DNA of 64,000 nt from Candidatus Peregrinibacteria bacterium (lineage in GTDB: Bacteria; Patescibacteriota; Gracilibacteria; UBA1369): assembly GCA_020429235.1 (NCBI GenBank), contig JAGQLQ010000025.1, forward strand, positions 310 to 64,309. Reading direction: 5' to 3'. Positions 10,001-19,594 of this stretch are shown piece after piece; the first letter of the stretch is position 1, and each line of letters begins with the position of its first letter. Both the position numbers and the translations under genes were made by a program. The notes under the pieces are model-generated. The model was given only the letters and a program-made list of their open reading frames with translations. It was not told the DNA's origin and searched no databases.

Positions 10001-13000
10001 TAGATGGGGCGCCAAGTGGTCCTATGACGGTGCCGTCAAAGTCTGCTGATGCACTGTTTACTTGTGATCCTCCTGCAGCGTTGTCAGAGGTGTTTAAGAC
10101 AACAACATCGTACTCTATAGAAATTTGTTCTGTGGTGGCGTTGTTAACGTCGGTGTTTACAACTGTTCCAAAATTGAATGTGAGCGTTTGTGATGTTCCT
10201 GCGCCAATAGTTGCAGACGTTGGGACCTGGGTCGGAGTTGCTGGGGATCCAGAAAAGCTGAGTGCTGGTTCGTTGCTTTCAATGATGGTTGCGCTGCCTG
10301 GGATGTACGCGAGCCCCGCAGGGAGTGTATCGGTCACAGTGAGTGGGTCCACAGTCCCTTCTGGGATATCGAGAGTGATTCTATATGGAATTGTATCGGC
10401 GATCGTTTTGTCAGTGTCTGCATCACGGAGTTCTTTGACCATGTCCCCTGTAAATGGAACGGTAACTGTTGCGTCATCGCTGTCATTGAAGGCACGTTGT
10501 TCAGCATTGGTACCTGGAGCACTGTCATAGTCAATTGTTGCGTTGTTTACGAGTGTGTTCCCTGCTGATACTCCCGCGCCAAGTGTTACTTTGTACTCAA
10601 GAGTAAAACTTGCTCCAGGATTAAGTTGGCTAAAGAGTGGGTTTCCCGTAGTCGCTGCATTCCAGGTAAAGTCACTTGGTCCTGAAAAGAATGTTCCAGC
10701 TGATTCATTAGCATCGCCATCGGCTCCGTCTCCATTATTATCAAGTCCATCGCTGTCAAAGCCAGTTGTGACTGTCATGTTGGCCGGGACTGTGTCGTTT
10801 ATTTCAATGTCAAATGCTGGTCCGGATCCAACATTATCAATCGTGATGGTGTAAACCAAATCATCTCCTGAGTCACCTGTGGTCGGCGCGACTGTTTTTG
10901 TAAAATTGATGGATGGTTCTACCACTTCCACTTCTGCATTTTGAAAATCCACAACCATACTGTCAATGATTGAACTCGCCGTATTGGCAAAAGGATTATT
11001 GGTTGGACTATTGGTCGGATCGTCTATTACAAGCGCTACGACTTCGACTGTTATGGCCTCTGTATCAGCGTCTGGGGCGTTCGTCAGATCTCCAAAATCG
11101 AAACTGATGGTATCATTAATGCCATCAACTACATTTGCATCCGAAATAGATATATTTGGCGAGAGGGTGTGAACAACACCATCGTCCGAGATGAGCGAGC
11201 CGCTTTGAATTTCTATTCCTGGCAACTGGACATCTTCTATTTCGAATCCTGTGGTTGAGCCTTCAGGGATGGCAACGGTGATTCTGTAACGAACCTCTTC
11301 CCCTATGGCAAGGTCTTCTAAGCCACCGTCGAATTGGGATGTTCCTGTTTCTGTAAAGTCGGTACTAAAGACTGATTTTGATAGTGCAATGTTATCGACT
11401 GTGATTTGGACAAACCCTGTATCGTTATCTGATCGCTCATCTGGATCTGCATCTGCTGGTAAGGAGTTCCAATTAACTTGTGCTGTGTTTGTAATAACTT
11501 GACCCGGAGAGACCCCCGCATCGAGCTGGACATCAAAGCTCAACGTGATTGTTCCGGCTTGGATCAGTTGATCGAAGTCGCTGTTGTTTGTGGTTGAAGC
11601 ATTCCATGTAAATGCGTCCAGACCGGCATTGTAGAAAGGTGCTGCTCCGCCGGCAAGCTCATCCGCGTCTGCTCCATCTACTAAACCATCGCCGTCATTA
11701 TCTAATCCATCTGTATCAAAATCTCCAACGGCTGTAACACCGGCTGGGAGGGTATCAGTGATTTCTAGATCAAATGCATCTGAAGCGGTTGTGGCATCGT
11801 GGTCAACTGTAATGGTGTATCTTCGGATATCGCCAGCATCACCCGAATTCGTATCGACCTGTTTTGTAAGATTGAGGTCCGCTTCAACGACATCAATTGT
11901 GACCGAGTCTGTCGGGAGAGCACCCGAACGGCTGTCGTAGTCAATAGTGGCACTATTGGAGAGCTGATCTCCATTATTATTTCCAGTTGGATGGTCAACC
12001 AAGGTTCCGTCGATTTGGATCTGTATAGTTGTTGTGTCCACGCCATCGGTACCGTTGTCGTAGTCATAGGTAGCATAGGTAACCGTTACAAGGTCATCGA
12101 TAGTGTCGGCGTTGTCATCTGTAATCTGTTCTGTTCTGGCACCCGCAGTTCCCGCACCATCACTAAGGACGGTGACGGCGTCAGCACGAATGAAGTCTGG
12201 CATCATGTCTTGAATTTCTATGTTGCTTAGAGAAGATTCTGGAATGGTAAAATCAATAACGTATGTTACCGACTCGCCGATTGCTAGATCTTCTACCGCC
12301 CCATCATGTTCAGCCACACCTGTAAATGTTTCAGATGTCGCTGTAATGGCCTTGCTCACGATAATGTCTTGGATCGTAAAATCTCCATTATCACTGTCGT
12401 TATATGTTCGCTCGAAAAGTGGAGCTCCTGGAGTTCCGGGCTGGCCTGTGTATTGAAGATTTGCAGCATTTGAAATAGTTTCATTTGGGAGGACATCTGT
12501 ATCGACTGTAAATCCAAATTCAATTTCTATGGTGTTGGCAAGAGGTAGCTGCGTATAATCAGCTCCATTTGTTGTTGAATTATTAAAGGTGAATTGAGTC
12601 CCATTCCAGAAAGGCGCAGCAACACCATCGATTTCATCCGCGTCTGCTCCGTCTACTAATCCGTCTCCATCATTATCGAGACCGTCTGATGAAAATTGAT
12701 CGTTCACTGTTATTTTCAATCCGGTTAGATCATCAGTAATTTCAAGGTCAAAGGCATCGACATCACTTGACCCGCTATGTTCGGCTGTTATTCGATATTT
12801 GAGTAGATCGTTTGCATCGATACCGGCTGCTGGTGGTAAATTTGTTCCGGGATCCAATACTGCTTTTGTAATGGTCACGTCTGGCTCTAATACGTCGATA
12901 CGGGCGTTCTCGGAGGTTTGTGTGTTGGCAGCAGTTCCATATGTAAGAACTACACTGTTTTGACGGTTTGTTCCTGAAACATTTCCACCAACATTGAGGA

Positions 13001-16000
13001 CAACAACATCATATTGAACGCAGAAAGTGTTGTTCGTTTCGTCGTTGTCCTCTGATGCTATAGCGTCAGTGAATGTAATCTGCAGATCTGCACCTGAGCT
13101 CGCGATTCCAGCTCCAAGTGGCGTGGTAACCGTTGGTGTTGGTAATGTCCCTGCAAATATATTAGCTGGCACACCAGGGCTAGCGCAATCCGCAGCTCCA
13201 GAAACCGTGACTCCGTTGTCTATAAAGTAACCGAGTCGACCAGGTATGTTGTCATTCAATATGATATTCGGGGTTGTCCCTTCTGGAATAGTTACTGGCA
13301 CGCTGTATGTGACAACTTCACCGATAGTGACACCCTCACCGGGAACAACTGCAGTTCCTGGCGTATGTGCTTGATCAGTCGTAAATACTGTTTTGTCATA
13401 GCTCAGATCAGCGATTGTTGCATCGCTTGAAGCTTCAAACTGTTCTTCTTGATTTGTTACAAAGTTGACGCCTCCTGATTGTGCCGCGAATGAAAGCACT
13501 GATGCGTCATTTGTAATTGTTTCGAGTGGCTCTACGTCTGTGTCGACTTCAAGATCGTAGGTTGCAATAAGGATATTTCCTCCCTCGTTGAGTCCGCCGT
13601 CTTCGGTTGCCGCGTCTAATCCGTCCAAAGTGTAAGCTCCATCCATAGATACCGATGTTCCTCCAGATCCAAAGAGTCCACCCGTGTAGTTTACAACTGG
13701 GAGGAGTATTGAGCCGTTTGCTTCGTAAATTTGGAGGTTTAGTCCACCTCCAGGAACAACAAATCCAGCTGGAAGAGTATCATCGAACTCAATGTCGAAT
13801 GCGTCTTGCGATCCGGCATTTTCGATGACGAGCATAAAGGTTATTAAGTCCCCCGCATCCACATCCTCAATTGTGCTTTCCACTGGTTCGGAGTCAAGAT
13901 CACTACTGCTGAATGATGGGACAATGAGAATTGACGGAACACTTCCTGGGGAATTGTAGGTTATCTGACTTGGGCCAACTGTAGCAGGATCAAATGTTGC
14001 TCCTGCCTTTGATGTGGCCACTGCTCCTTTTGTGATTTCCAACTGTGGCACAGATGTTTCCACGCCAATAATTACCGGTTCCTGAATGACTTGAGAGACA
14101 TTACTGTTATCTGTTTCATAAACACTAAAGTTCACCATGGTCAGGCCATCATCAAAAGGACTATCGGTCACTTCAACGTTCAAGAGTAGTTCTAGTGTTA
14201 TCCCATCTGATGGTGTTTCTTCGAAAGTTGTATCGTCAGCAAAGTCGATAATAATAGCGTTATTACCGCTATTAATATCACCGTCTACAGTGATTGTGGG
14301 CGTTGGCAATGGGCCTGGAAATCCAGTTGTATTGTCTCCATATCCAATCATACAAGGGGCTGGAATGCTTGCGGGCATGGCAGTGGTTGGATTGTACTGT
14401 GTTGTGAGGGTTGCTGTATCAAATCCGCAGCCTCCTCCTGTGAACTGACCGGCATCTAAGAGTGGTATAGGCAGGAAGTCGGTTATGACCAAATCTTCCA
14501 TATCTCCCGATGGAATTTCTACTGTTAGTGCAAAAATAATTTCATCCCCAGGGCTCACCATGAGTGGGCTTGGAATTGTTGTATAAGGAGCCCCAATCGT
14601 TCCATCATCATAAGCCACAATTGATTTATCGAAGTTTGGCCCGATAATAGCAATCTCCGCGCTTGAAGCATTTGTAACAAAATTGCCAGGTGGTGTCGTT
14701 GTTATGGAACCATTTATATTTATATTGTTGGTCATTGTGTCGAGCGCATCGATACTCGTGTCGTTTGCTTGAGCATCGACAAATGACTCGTTTATTGTGG
14801 TTTGAAAAGTGAGTGTGCCGCTTGTTGGTTCTCCGATGGATGCGCCTCCAACAAGACCTCCTTCTAATTCTCCATTGAGGGTGGCATCTACCATAGCTTG
14901 AGATATATCAAAGAGAAGAAGAGTTTCCCCATCTCCAGGTGGATCAATGGCGTCATCGTCATCGGTTGAGTCTGTGGTTATGGCAAGTGTACATCCTCCA
15001 CATGTGGCAAAATTGTAAGGGGGTCCAGTTATGATGCTTCCTTCGGCCACGGCAGATTCCGAGAAAGTTATACCTGAGGTGGTCACTCCATTTTCGGTGA
15101 TGCTCATTGAAGCGGAGCTGCTGACAAATGTTTGCCCATCAGGTATGACGTCGTTTACGACCAGCTGATCAAATGAAAAATAGTCTGACACCTGAAAATT
15201 AACTGTATATTCAAGCGTGTCACCTGGGGAAAATGCTTGGGCCCCGGTAGGTCCGACATCGGTAAAAATGCTGACTCCTTTTTGGATGGTAATGGACTCC
15301 GCTGAAACGATACTATCTGAATCTGTGGTGTCACTTACAATTCCACTTGAATGCGTACCCGATCCACTCGCACTGTTGTTGATGCTGTTCTGTGATCCTG
15401 TTGCTGGATCCAAAATGTCTGATGCGCTGCTGTCGGTATCTGGGATATATACTTCAAATTGAACATCTGCGTCTAATCCGGCTGCTGTTCCAGTTAAACT
15501 ATTGTACTCAACTGAAAGTGTTCCTCCGGGGGGTGGTGATCCGGTTGGAGTATAAGGAAGCGCGGCGCAGGATGTAACTTGTGGTGCCCCGACGCTAGGG
15601 GTAAAGGTTATCGTACATCCATTCCCATCATCATCGGCGGATGTTATTTCTAGCAACTGAATTTCCGCTGGGATTGTTTCTGAAATGGTGAAAGGAGCAA
15701 TAGTTTCTCCATCTGCAATGTCTGTTTCAATCCTATAATCGAATGGGAAGTTTGGTCCGGTTGGCACTTCATCTTCGTCGCCGTTAGTGTTTATAGTGGC
15801 CTTGCTTACTCGAACTACGGTTGGAATATCAGTGAGATCTATAAATCCGCTCGTGACAGGCGGATCAATGCTGGGGTTATTAAAGGGATCTTCTCCGAAT
15901 GCAAATGTACATTGTGACGCAATATCGTTCGCGAGTGGCACCCCTGGAGTTAATCCATTCGCCACGTCGGCTGTAATTTCGATAGAGACCGGGAGTTGGC

Positions 16001-16445
16001 TTGGGACCATACTTCCAACAGGAAGTTCAAAGACGAGGTACGTTGAGTTGATGGCAATATCTTGGACGATTTCGCCTGTTATTGGATTGGTTGCATCGCC
16101 GGTTGCTGGATCGCCTCCATCATTATCTATGACTGTATAAGGAGTTGGACTTGTCGGTGATATGCTCAATCCTCCCACGCTGAACGTTGAGGGTCCACTG
16201 TACGTGAATTCTGGAGGGAGAATCGTTTCGACAATAGGTCGGAATCCAGGATCTGCCCCTGAATTGGATATTTCTACTGAATAGACAAGCTGCTCTCCTA
16301 TAAATGGATTTGCTGGGTTCGATACTGAATTATAGGAACAGGATGCTGCTGGTGCAGCTTGTGCAATTTGGACGTCTACTGGAAAAGCAGCAAATGTCGT
16401 GAACGACATAGCAAAAATTAGGCCTTTTGCAAGAATTTTTTTCAT
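7047..16445 (-). CDS. Giant (3132 aa) secreted surface protein: DUF11-type repeats, three modules with calcium-binding D-x-D-x-D inserts, and C-terminal duplicated SLH-like wall-binding modules
   Basis: N-terminal signal peptide (MKKILAKGLIFAMSFTTFAAFPVDVQIAQA). Many DUF11-like beta-sandwich signatures, for example DIIEYTINIINTGNSAATGVRVTDDIP and DTVEFTITVNNTGDAPSTNTTITDAIPAGL. There are three copies of DGLDN(D/N)GDG...DGADADE. The C-terminal ~530 aa contain two ~190-aa modules with F(T/N)D(I/L)P...RIIE(T/D)GD...R(F/L)E and FxFxD(I/L)P...FYTAY...G motifs resembling SLH domains. Confidence 0.9.
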   Translation of the reverse strand: MKKILAKGLIFAMSFTTFAAFPVDVQIAQAAPAASCSYNSVSNPANPFIGEQLVYSVEISNSGADPGFRPIVETILPPEFTYSGPSTFSVGGLSISPTSPTPYTVIDNDGGDPATGDATNPITGEIVQDIAINSTYLVFELPVGSMVPSQLPVSIEITADVANGLTPGVPLANDIASQCTFAFGEDPFNNPSIDPPVTSGFIDLTDIPTVVRVSKATINTNGDEDEVPTGPNFPFDYRIETDIADGETIAPFTISETIPAEIQLLEITSADDDGNGCTITFTPSVGAPQVTSCAALPYTPTGSPPPGGTLSVEYNSLTGTAAGLDADVQFEVYIPDTDSSASDILDPATGSQNSINNSASGSGTHSSGIVSDTTDSDSIVSAESITIQKGVSIFTDVGPTGAQAFSPGDTLEYTVNFQVSDYFSFDQLVVNDVIPDGQTFVSSSASMSITENGVTTSGITFSESAVAEGSIITGPPYNFATCGGCTLAITTDSTDDDDAIDPPGDGETLLLFDISQAMVDATLNGELEGGLVGGASIGEPTSGTLTFQTTINESFVDAQANDTSIDALDTMTNNININGSITTTPPGNFVTNASSAEIAIIGPNFDKSIVAYDDGTIGAPYTTIPSPLMVSPGDEIIFALTVEIPSGDMEDLVITDFLPIPLLDAGQFTGGGCGFDTATLTTQYNPTTAMPASIPAPCMIGYGDNTTGFPGPLPTPTITVDGDINSGNNAIIIDFADDTTFEETPSDGITLELLLNVEVTDSPFDDGLTMVNFSVYETDNSNVSQVIQEPVIIGVETSVPQLEITKGAVATSKAGATFDPATVGPSQITYNSPGSVPSILIVPSFSSSDLDSEPVESTIEDVDAGDLITFMLVIENAGSQDAFDIEFDDTLPAGFVVPGGGLNLQIYEANGSILLPVVNYTGGLFGSGGTSVSMDGAYTLDGLDAATEDGGLNEGGNILIATYDLEVDTDVEPLETITNDASVLSFAAQSGGVNFVTNQEEQFEASSDATIADLSYDKTVFTTDQAHTPGTAVVPGEGVTIGEVVTYSVPVTIPEGTTPNIILNDNIPGRLGYFIDNGVTVSGAADCASPGVPANIFAGTLPTPTVTTPLGAGIASSGADLQITFTDAIASEDNDETNNTFCVQYDVVVLNVGGNVSGTNRQNSVVLTYGTAANTQTSENARIDVLEPDVTITKAVLDPGTNLPPAAGIDANDLLKYRITAEHSGSSDVDAFDLEITDDLTGLKITVNDQFSSDGLDNDGDGLVDGADADEIDGVAAPFWNGTQFTFNNSTTNGADYTQLPLANTIEIEFGFTVDTDVLPNETISNAANLQYTGQPGTPGAPLFERTYNDSDNGDFTIQDIIVSKAITATSETFTGVAEHDGAVEDLAIGESVTYVIDFTIPESSLSNIEIQDMMPDFIRADAVTVLSDGAGTAGARTEQITDDNADTIDDLVTVTYATYDYDNGTDGVDTTTIQIQIDGTLVDHPTGNNNGDQLSNSATIDYDSRSGALPTDSVTIDVVEADLNLTKQVDTNSGDAGDIRRYTITVDHDATTASDAFDLEITDTLPAGVTAVGDFDTDGLDNDGDGLVDGADADELAGGAAPFYNAGLDAFTWNASTTNNSDFDQLIQAGTITLSFDVQLDAGVSPGQVITNTAQVNWNSLPADADPDERSDNDTGFVQITVDNIALSKSVFSTDFTETGTSQFDGGLEDLAIGEEVRYRITVAIPEGSTTGFEIEDVQLPGIEIQSGSLISDDGVVHTLSPNISISDANVVDGINDTISFDFGDLTNAPDADTEAITVEVVALVIDDPTNSPTNNPFANTASSIIDSMVVDFQNAEVEVVEPSINFTKTVAPTTGDSGDDLVYTITIDNVGSGPAFDIEINDTVPANMTVTTGFDSDGLDNNGDGADGDANESAGTFFSGPSDFTWNAATTGNPLFSQLNPGASFTLEYKVTLGAGVSAGNTLVNNATIDYDSAPGTNAEQRAFNDSDDATVTVPFTGDMVKELRDADTDKTIADTIPYRITLDIPEGTVDPLTVTDTLPAGLAYIPGSATIIESNEPALSFSGSPATPTQVPTSATIGAGTSQTLTFNFGTVVNTDVNNATTEQISIEYDVVVLNTSDNAAGGSQVNSASADFDGTVIGPLGAPSIDIVEPDMQISKTSTYVNGNTITYFISVSHQSAGEPSAHDVILTDTLPAGVTYNGNITSTNGPVPTVNTTNFPVIMFDIDEINGTFTGGNPVTFSFDVEVDLGVASGTILTNNIDMEYTGQDGTMSDVIPGNDLSNERTGDTGDPGGTENDYTRSDNLDVTVTRSDLSTSTKVADDLNGGDLEINDIIEYTINIINTGNSAATGVRVTDDIPEHVNSFTVISTPPGSTDASVSAPAGTNGNGFLDITGINLDASGGANDTAQVVFQVAVDLSLPTGTPITNTATCLPGMQGGNGCTANSVIGVLAPVLDITKEALPLGVKKLGDTVEFTITVNNTGDAPSTNTTITDAIPAGLSYTAGSLILDGNPLTDILDADEGDYNDTTPDTITVVVPSIPNPGTSEIKFSTTVAVDTDTSITNIANVVDDQGSTLSDDEQIVIEEDDGTRGGGGRPGAYHPGTEGLFSDDEGNVRDDALACETEFLPDFSSNACLELDADREIQFNDLPADDDASRFITTLKNTRIIETGDYVFSGTGNHSTGKQQSKFQSGTWEFQPDRNATRFEVVKTVLVSNCIPIEDTIPVPTNGFRFADIPVDIPPSDEVNNFIARVFYTAYKHGVVTGYADGFARPDSVATVAETTALGLRAGHAIPAGYNLESDPWYETYMDFARLNGIFNGLEFGPNDKLIRKDFAKILTRIMAYNPNPQIHGYIERVDMENQEFISDIPAEKPIPDMSIFEYDPLTCRVQNACLEHVPDRPLSFTDIPEIDWAYPYIETLRTTRIIEDGDFIASGNGNHSTGVQQSKFRSGSWNYQPDRATTRLELIKVALVSNCISIPDKVPAPVDGFEFTDLPIKNNGTNELENFTERVFYTAYNEGLFGGDANGLASPQDPITYEEALSILTKASFDTQESYNGPNLPFQNPITETLKEQIEYVYGYGGIGGFGDQIFRGSRPLKRNEMAEVVVEFMINNKDPRIRQYAHDVLDIYGL

Positions 16446-16475
16446 GGGAGTGTTGGGAGTTCACATATGATTATT

Positions 16476-16509
16476 CAGGATAATCTTGATTAATCAAGAT
16501 TATCCTGAC
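16476..16509. repeat. 34-nt perfect palindrome TCAGGATAATCTTGATT/AATCAAGATTATCCTGA between the pcrA stop and the giant surface-protein start
   Basis: Read directly: the two 17-nt halves are exact reverse complements. It lies 33 nt after the pcrA stop and 31 nt before the ATG of the 3132-aa gene. Confidence 0.9.
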
Positions 16510-16542
16510 ACTTTTCTCTTGATAAAAAAATTCCTTATTGCT

Positions 16543-18720
16543 TTATTCGCTAATTTTCTTGAGGGGCGCGATGGAGAGGGCCAGCTTTTTGGTTCCGTAG
16601 CGCGGGTTGTTGAATTTGATGGTGGCGACTCCTCCGGTGACTTCCTGGACGACGCCTTCCCCGAATGAGGTGTGGGCAACACGGTCGCCACCGTTGAGTG
16701 TGACGCCTTCTTGCTCGTACTCTTCGTATGGGATTGGGGTGTAGCCCAGTTCCTGTGTGTCGATGGTTTGGTGGTCGCGTTCTGGTTCTGTGTCGCCCTG
16801 AACGATTTCTGCCGGGATTTCCGCCAGGAATTGCGATGGGGCGCTGGATTGGACTTCGCCATAGAGCATGCGGCTTTTGGCGCGAAGGAGAAAGAGCTGT
16901 TGTTTGGCGCGGGTCATGGCTACGTACATGAGGCGGCGTTCTTCTTCCAGCTCGTCGCGTTCGAGCAGGCTTTGGGAGTGTGGCAATAATCCTTCTTCGA
17001 GACCGATGATGAAGACTGTGTCGAATTCGAGCCCTTTGGCTGAATGAATAGTCATGAGTGTGATGGCGTTGTCTTCGTTGTCGAGTGAATCAACGTCAGC
17101 GATCAGCGATATTTCTTCGAGGAAAATGCTAAGGGAGATACCGGCTTCCAGGTTGTCGTACTTGGTGGCGACGTTAATAAGTTCGTAAATGTTTTCGAGG
17201 CGGCTTTCTCCTTCAATGGTTCCGTCGTCGATGAATTTTTTGTAGCCGCTCAGGTCCAGGACGTGTTTTATGACTCCGGATGCCGGGAATTCGAGGTTAA
17301 TTCTTTGGAGTTGTTTGATAAGGTCTGCGAAGTTGGTAAGGGCTTCTGCTTTGGAGGCCGAAAAGCCTGGAATCTTTTCTGCATCTTCGAGTGCCTGGAA
17401 AAAGGTGATGCCTTTTTGGAGTGCGTAGCTTTGGACCTGTTCGATAGTTTTTGCACCAATCTTTCTGGAAGGGGTATTGATGATGCGGAAAAGGCTGACC
17501 GAGTCGTTGGGGTTTTGGATGACGCGGAGGTATGCCACCATGTCTTTGACCTCTTTGCGTTCGTAGAACTTGATGCCGCCAACGATTTTGTAGGGCATAC
17601 CGTAGCGGAGAAATGTTTCTTCGAGGACGCGGGATTGGGCATTGGTGCGATAGAGGACGACGAAATCCTTGTATGAAGGTGTTTCGTGTCGGGTCATTTT
17701 TTCTTGGATAGTCGATGCGATGAAATCGGCTTCGGCACGTTCGTTTTCTAAGGCGCGCACGGTGATTTTTTCGCCGCCTTCTTGTTCGGTCCAGAGTTTC
17801 TTTTCTTTGCGGCGCGCGTTTTTGGTGATGATCGCGTGCGCGCCGTCCAAAATATTCTGTGTTGATCGATAGTTTTGCTCCAGCAAAACTACCTTGGCAT
17901 CCGGGTAGTCCTTTTCAAAATCCAAAATGTTCTGAATATCGGCTCCTCTAAAAGAATAAATACTCTGATCGGAATCACCAATCACACACAAATTACGATA
18001 CTTTTCTGCCAATAAATTGGTCAAAACGTACTGAGCGTGGTTGGTGTCCTGATACTCGTCGATAGAAATGTATTTGAATTTTTCCTGATATTGATCGAGT
18101 ACTTTTGCCTCCTGTTGAAGGAGTTCTACTGTCTTCATGATGATGTCATCGAAGTCGAGTGCATTGTTTTTTTGAAGAGATTTTTGATAGTGTGTGTAGG
18201 CTTCGTGTACTTTTTCGGTGAAGTAGTTCGTGACATATGTCTGGTAGTTCGCGGGAGTGATAAGCTGGTTTTTCGCATTGGAAATGTTGCGTAGAATAGC
18301 CCTGGGATTCATCTGCTTTTCGCTGATTCCCAAATCGGCCATGACATTTTTCATGAGGATTCTTTGGTCGGCTGTATCGTAAATAGTGAAGCCGTTTTCA
18401 TAATTAAGAAGATGAATATGTTTGCGAAGCATCCTCACGCATGTTGCGTGGAATGTGCCAATTGAAGGAAGATCACGCTCTTCATTGCTTCCAAGAAGAT
18501 GAATGATTCGCTCTTTCATTTCGTTGGCAGCTTTGTTGGTAAAGGTCACGGCCAAAATATTCCAAGGACTTACATGTTTTTCTTTCATTAAATAGGCGAT
18601 TCTGTGAGTGAGCGCTTTGGTTTTTCCTGAACCGGCTCCAGCCACTACTAGAAGTGGCCCTTTTACGCAGAGGACAGCCTCTTTCTGCTTGTCGTTGAGT
18701 TGTTGAATCAGGTCGATCAT
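16543..18720 (-). CDS. pcrA: ATP-dependent DNA helicase PcrA/UvrD (SF1)
   Basis: 725 aa. Walker A is AGAGSGKT. Other SF1 motifs present are DEYQDTN, TIHSAKGLEFD and YVAMTRAK. Confidence 0.95.
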   Translation of the reverse strand: MIDLIQQLNDKQKEAVLCVKGPLLVVAGAGSGKTKALTHRIAYLMKEKHVSPWNILAVTFTNKAANEMKERIIHLLGSNEERDLPSIGTFHATCVRMLRKHIHLLNYENGFTIYDTADQRILMKNVMADLGISEKQMNPRAILRNISNAKNQLITPANYQTYVTNYFTEKVHEAYTHYQKSLQKNNALDFDDIIMKTVELLQQEAKVLDQYQEKFKYISIDEYQDTNHAQYVLTNLLAEKYRNLCVIGDSDQSIYSFRGADIQNILDFEKDYPDAKVVLLEQNYRSTQNILDGAHAIITKNARRKEKKLWTEQEGGEKITVRALENERAEADFIASTIQEKMTRHETPSYKDFVVLYRTNAQSRVLEETFLRYGMPYKIVGGIKFYERKEVKDMVAYLRVIQNPNDSVSLFRIINTPSRKIGAKTIEQVQSYALQKGITFFQALEDAEKIPGFSASKAEALTNFADLIKQLQRINLEFPASGVIKHVLDLSGYKKFIDDGTIEGESRLENIYELINVATKYDNLEAGISLSIFLEEISLIADVDSLDNEDNAITLMTIHSAKGLEFDTVFIIGLEEGLLPHSQSLLERDELEEERRLMYVAMTRAKQQLFLLRAKSRMLYGEVQSSAPSQFLAEIPAEIVQGDTEPERDHQTIDTQELGYTPIPYEEYEQEGVTLNGGDRVAHTSFGEGVVQEVTGGVATIKFNNPRYGTKKLALSIAPLKKISE

Positions 18721-18803
18721 AGGTTTTGACTATACCATAAATTTGACAAATTGGTGATATTTAGTTATCATTCTCCCTTCATTTAGCTTGCCCAGTATAT
18801 CAC

Positions 18804-19583
18804 ATGTCAAAATCATCAATTCCGCCAAATAATCCTAAGGAGCGCAGTAATGTTATTGCCCTTTCTCCACCGAAGAAAGAAGGTGGTGACAAACCAAACC
18901 CGGAACTTCAACGACGTCGGACCGACATCCATAATGATCTGACGAATGTTGCTGAAATTCGTGAGGGTATTGCTAATAGACGAAAGCCAATTCCTGTAGA
19001 ACCTGAAAAAAAGTCACGTGTACGCCGCAGAAGGCCGGCACCAGAAAAAAATTCTAACTTTAATGGCTTAACAGAACTTGAATTTTCACCAGAAATTCCA
19101 TCTATTCAGAAGGGGAAACGAGGTGTAAAGAAGGTTACTGTCGCACAGGATGAAGGGGTTTTTGCTGATATGCTTGGAGCTACACTCTTTGAAAAAGCTG
19201 TTAGTGGGATGGATACAGTCGAAGAGTCTCTTTCTGTTGAAGAGGTTGCGCGAAAACTTCTGGCTCTTCGGGATGATGACTTAGCGCTGGAAGAGGGTGA
19301 TCAGATATTTACTGATAAATTTCTCCTTAGCACCGATGAGGAGGTTTTCATGCCTGTTGCCCGACTCTTGTATCAAATGTTTAGTGGTAACCGTTCGCGA
19401 TTTCATCTGAATGATGAAAGAGTTGCGAATCTTGCCACGCTTGTGCGTAACCCAGATATGGATATGAAGATTGGCCCTCTTACTCGAATGCTTGAGAACT
19501 ATAAACGAGATACTATCTCCAATAAGCGACAACCCGCCCATAATGCCCCTAAGGGGAAAGGGCGCAGATTCAGAGAGAAGTAG
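18804..19583 (+). CDS. Hypothetical protein with a basic, probably disordered N-terminal half
   Basis: 259-aa ORF divergent from pcrA, with an R/K/P-rich N-terminus. No recognisable motif. Confidence 0.55.
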   Translation: MSKSSIPPNNPKERSNVIALSPPKKEGGDKPNPELQRRRTDIHNDLTNVAEIREGIANRRKPIPVEPEKKSRVRRRRPAPEKNSNFNGLTELEFSPEIPSIQKGKRGVKKVTVAQDEGVFADMLGATLFEKAVSGMDTVEESLSVEEVARKLLALRDDDLALEEGDQIFTDKFLLSTDEEVFMPVARLLYQMFSGNRSRFHLNDERVANLATLVRNPDMDMKIGPLTRMLENYKRDTISNKRQPAHNAPKGKGRRFREK

Positions 19584-19594
19584 TAGTAGATTTT

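Noticed and set aside
7232-16140. Dozens of 60-200-aa ORFs on the + strand and in alternative frames inside the 3132-aa gene (for example 8968-9549, 9925-10530, 15787-16140).
   Set aside because: They lie antisense to or out of frame with a continuous 9.4-kb ORF that has clear domain signatures. Their translations are low-complexity (S/V/T/P-rich) mirror products of the repeat-rich gene.
19584-19594. Several convergent gene pairs have near-zero or negative spacing: 19583/19595, 42128/42129, 33048-33067, 44211-44245 and 48063-48066. These were considered as signs of misannotation or pseudogenes.
   Set aside because: All the partners are full-length with intact motifs. This looks like ordinary genome compaction rather than gene decay.
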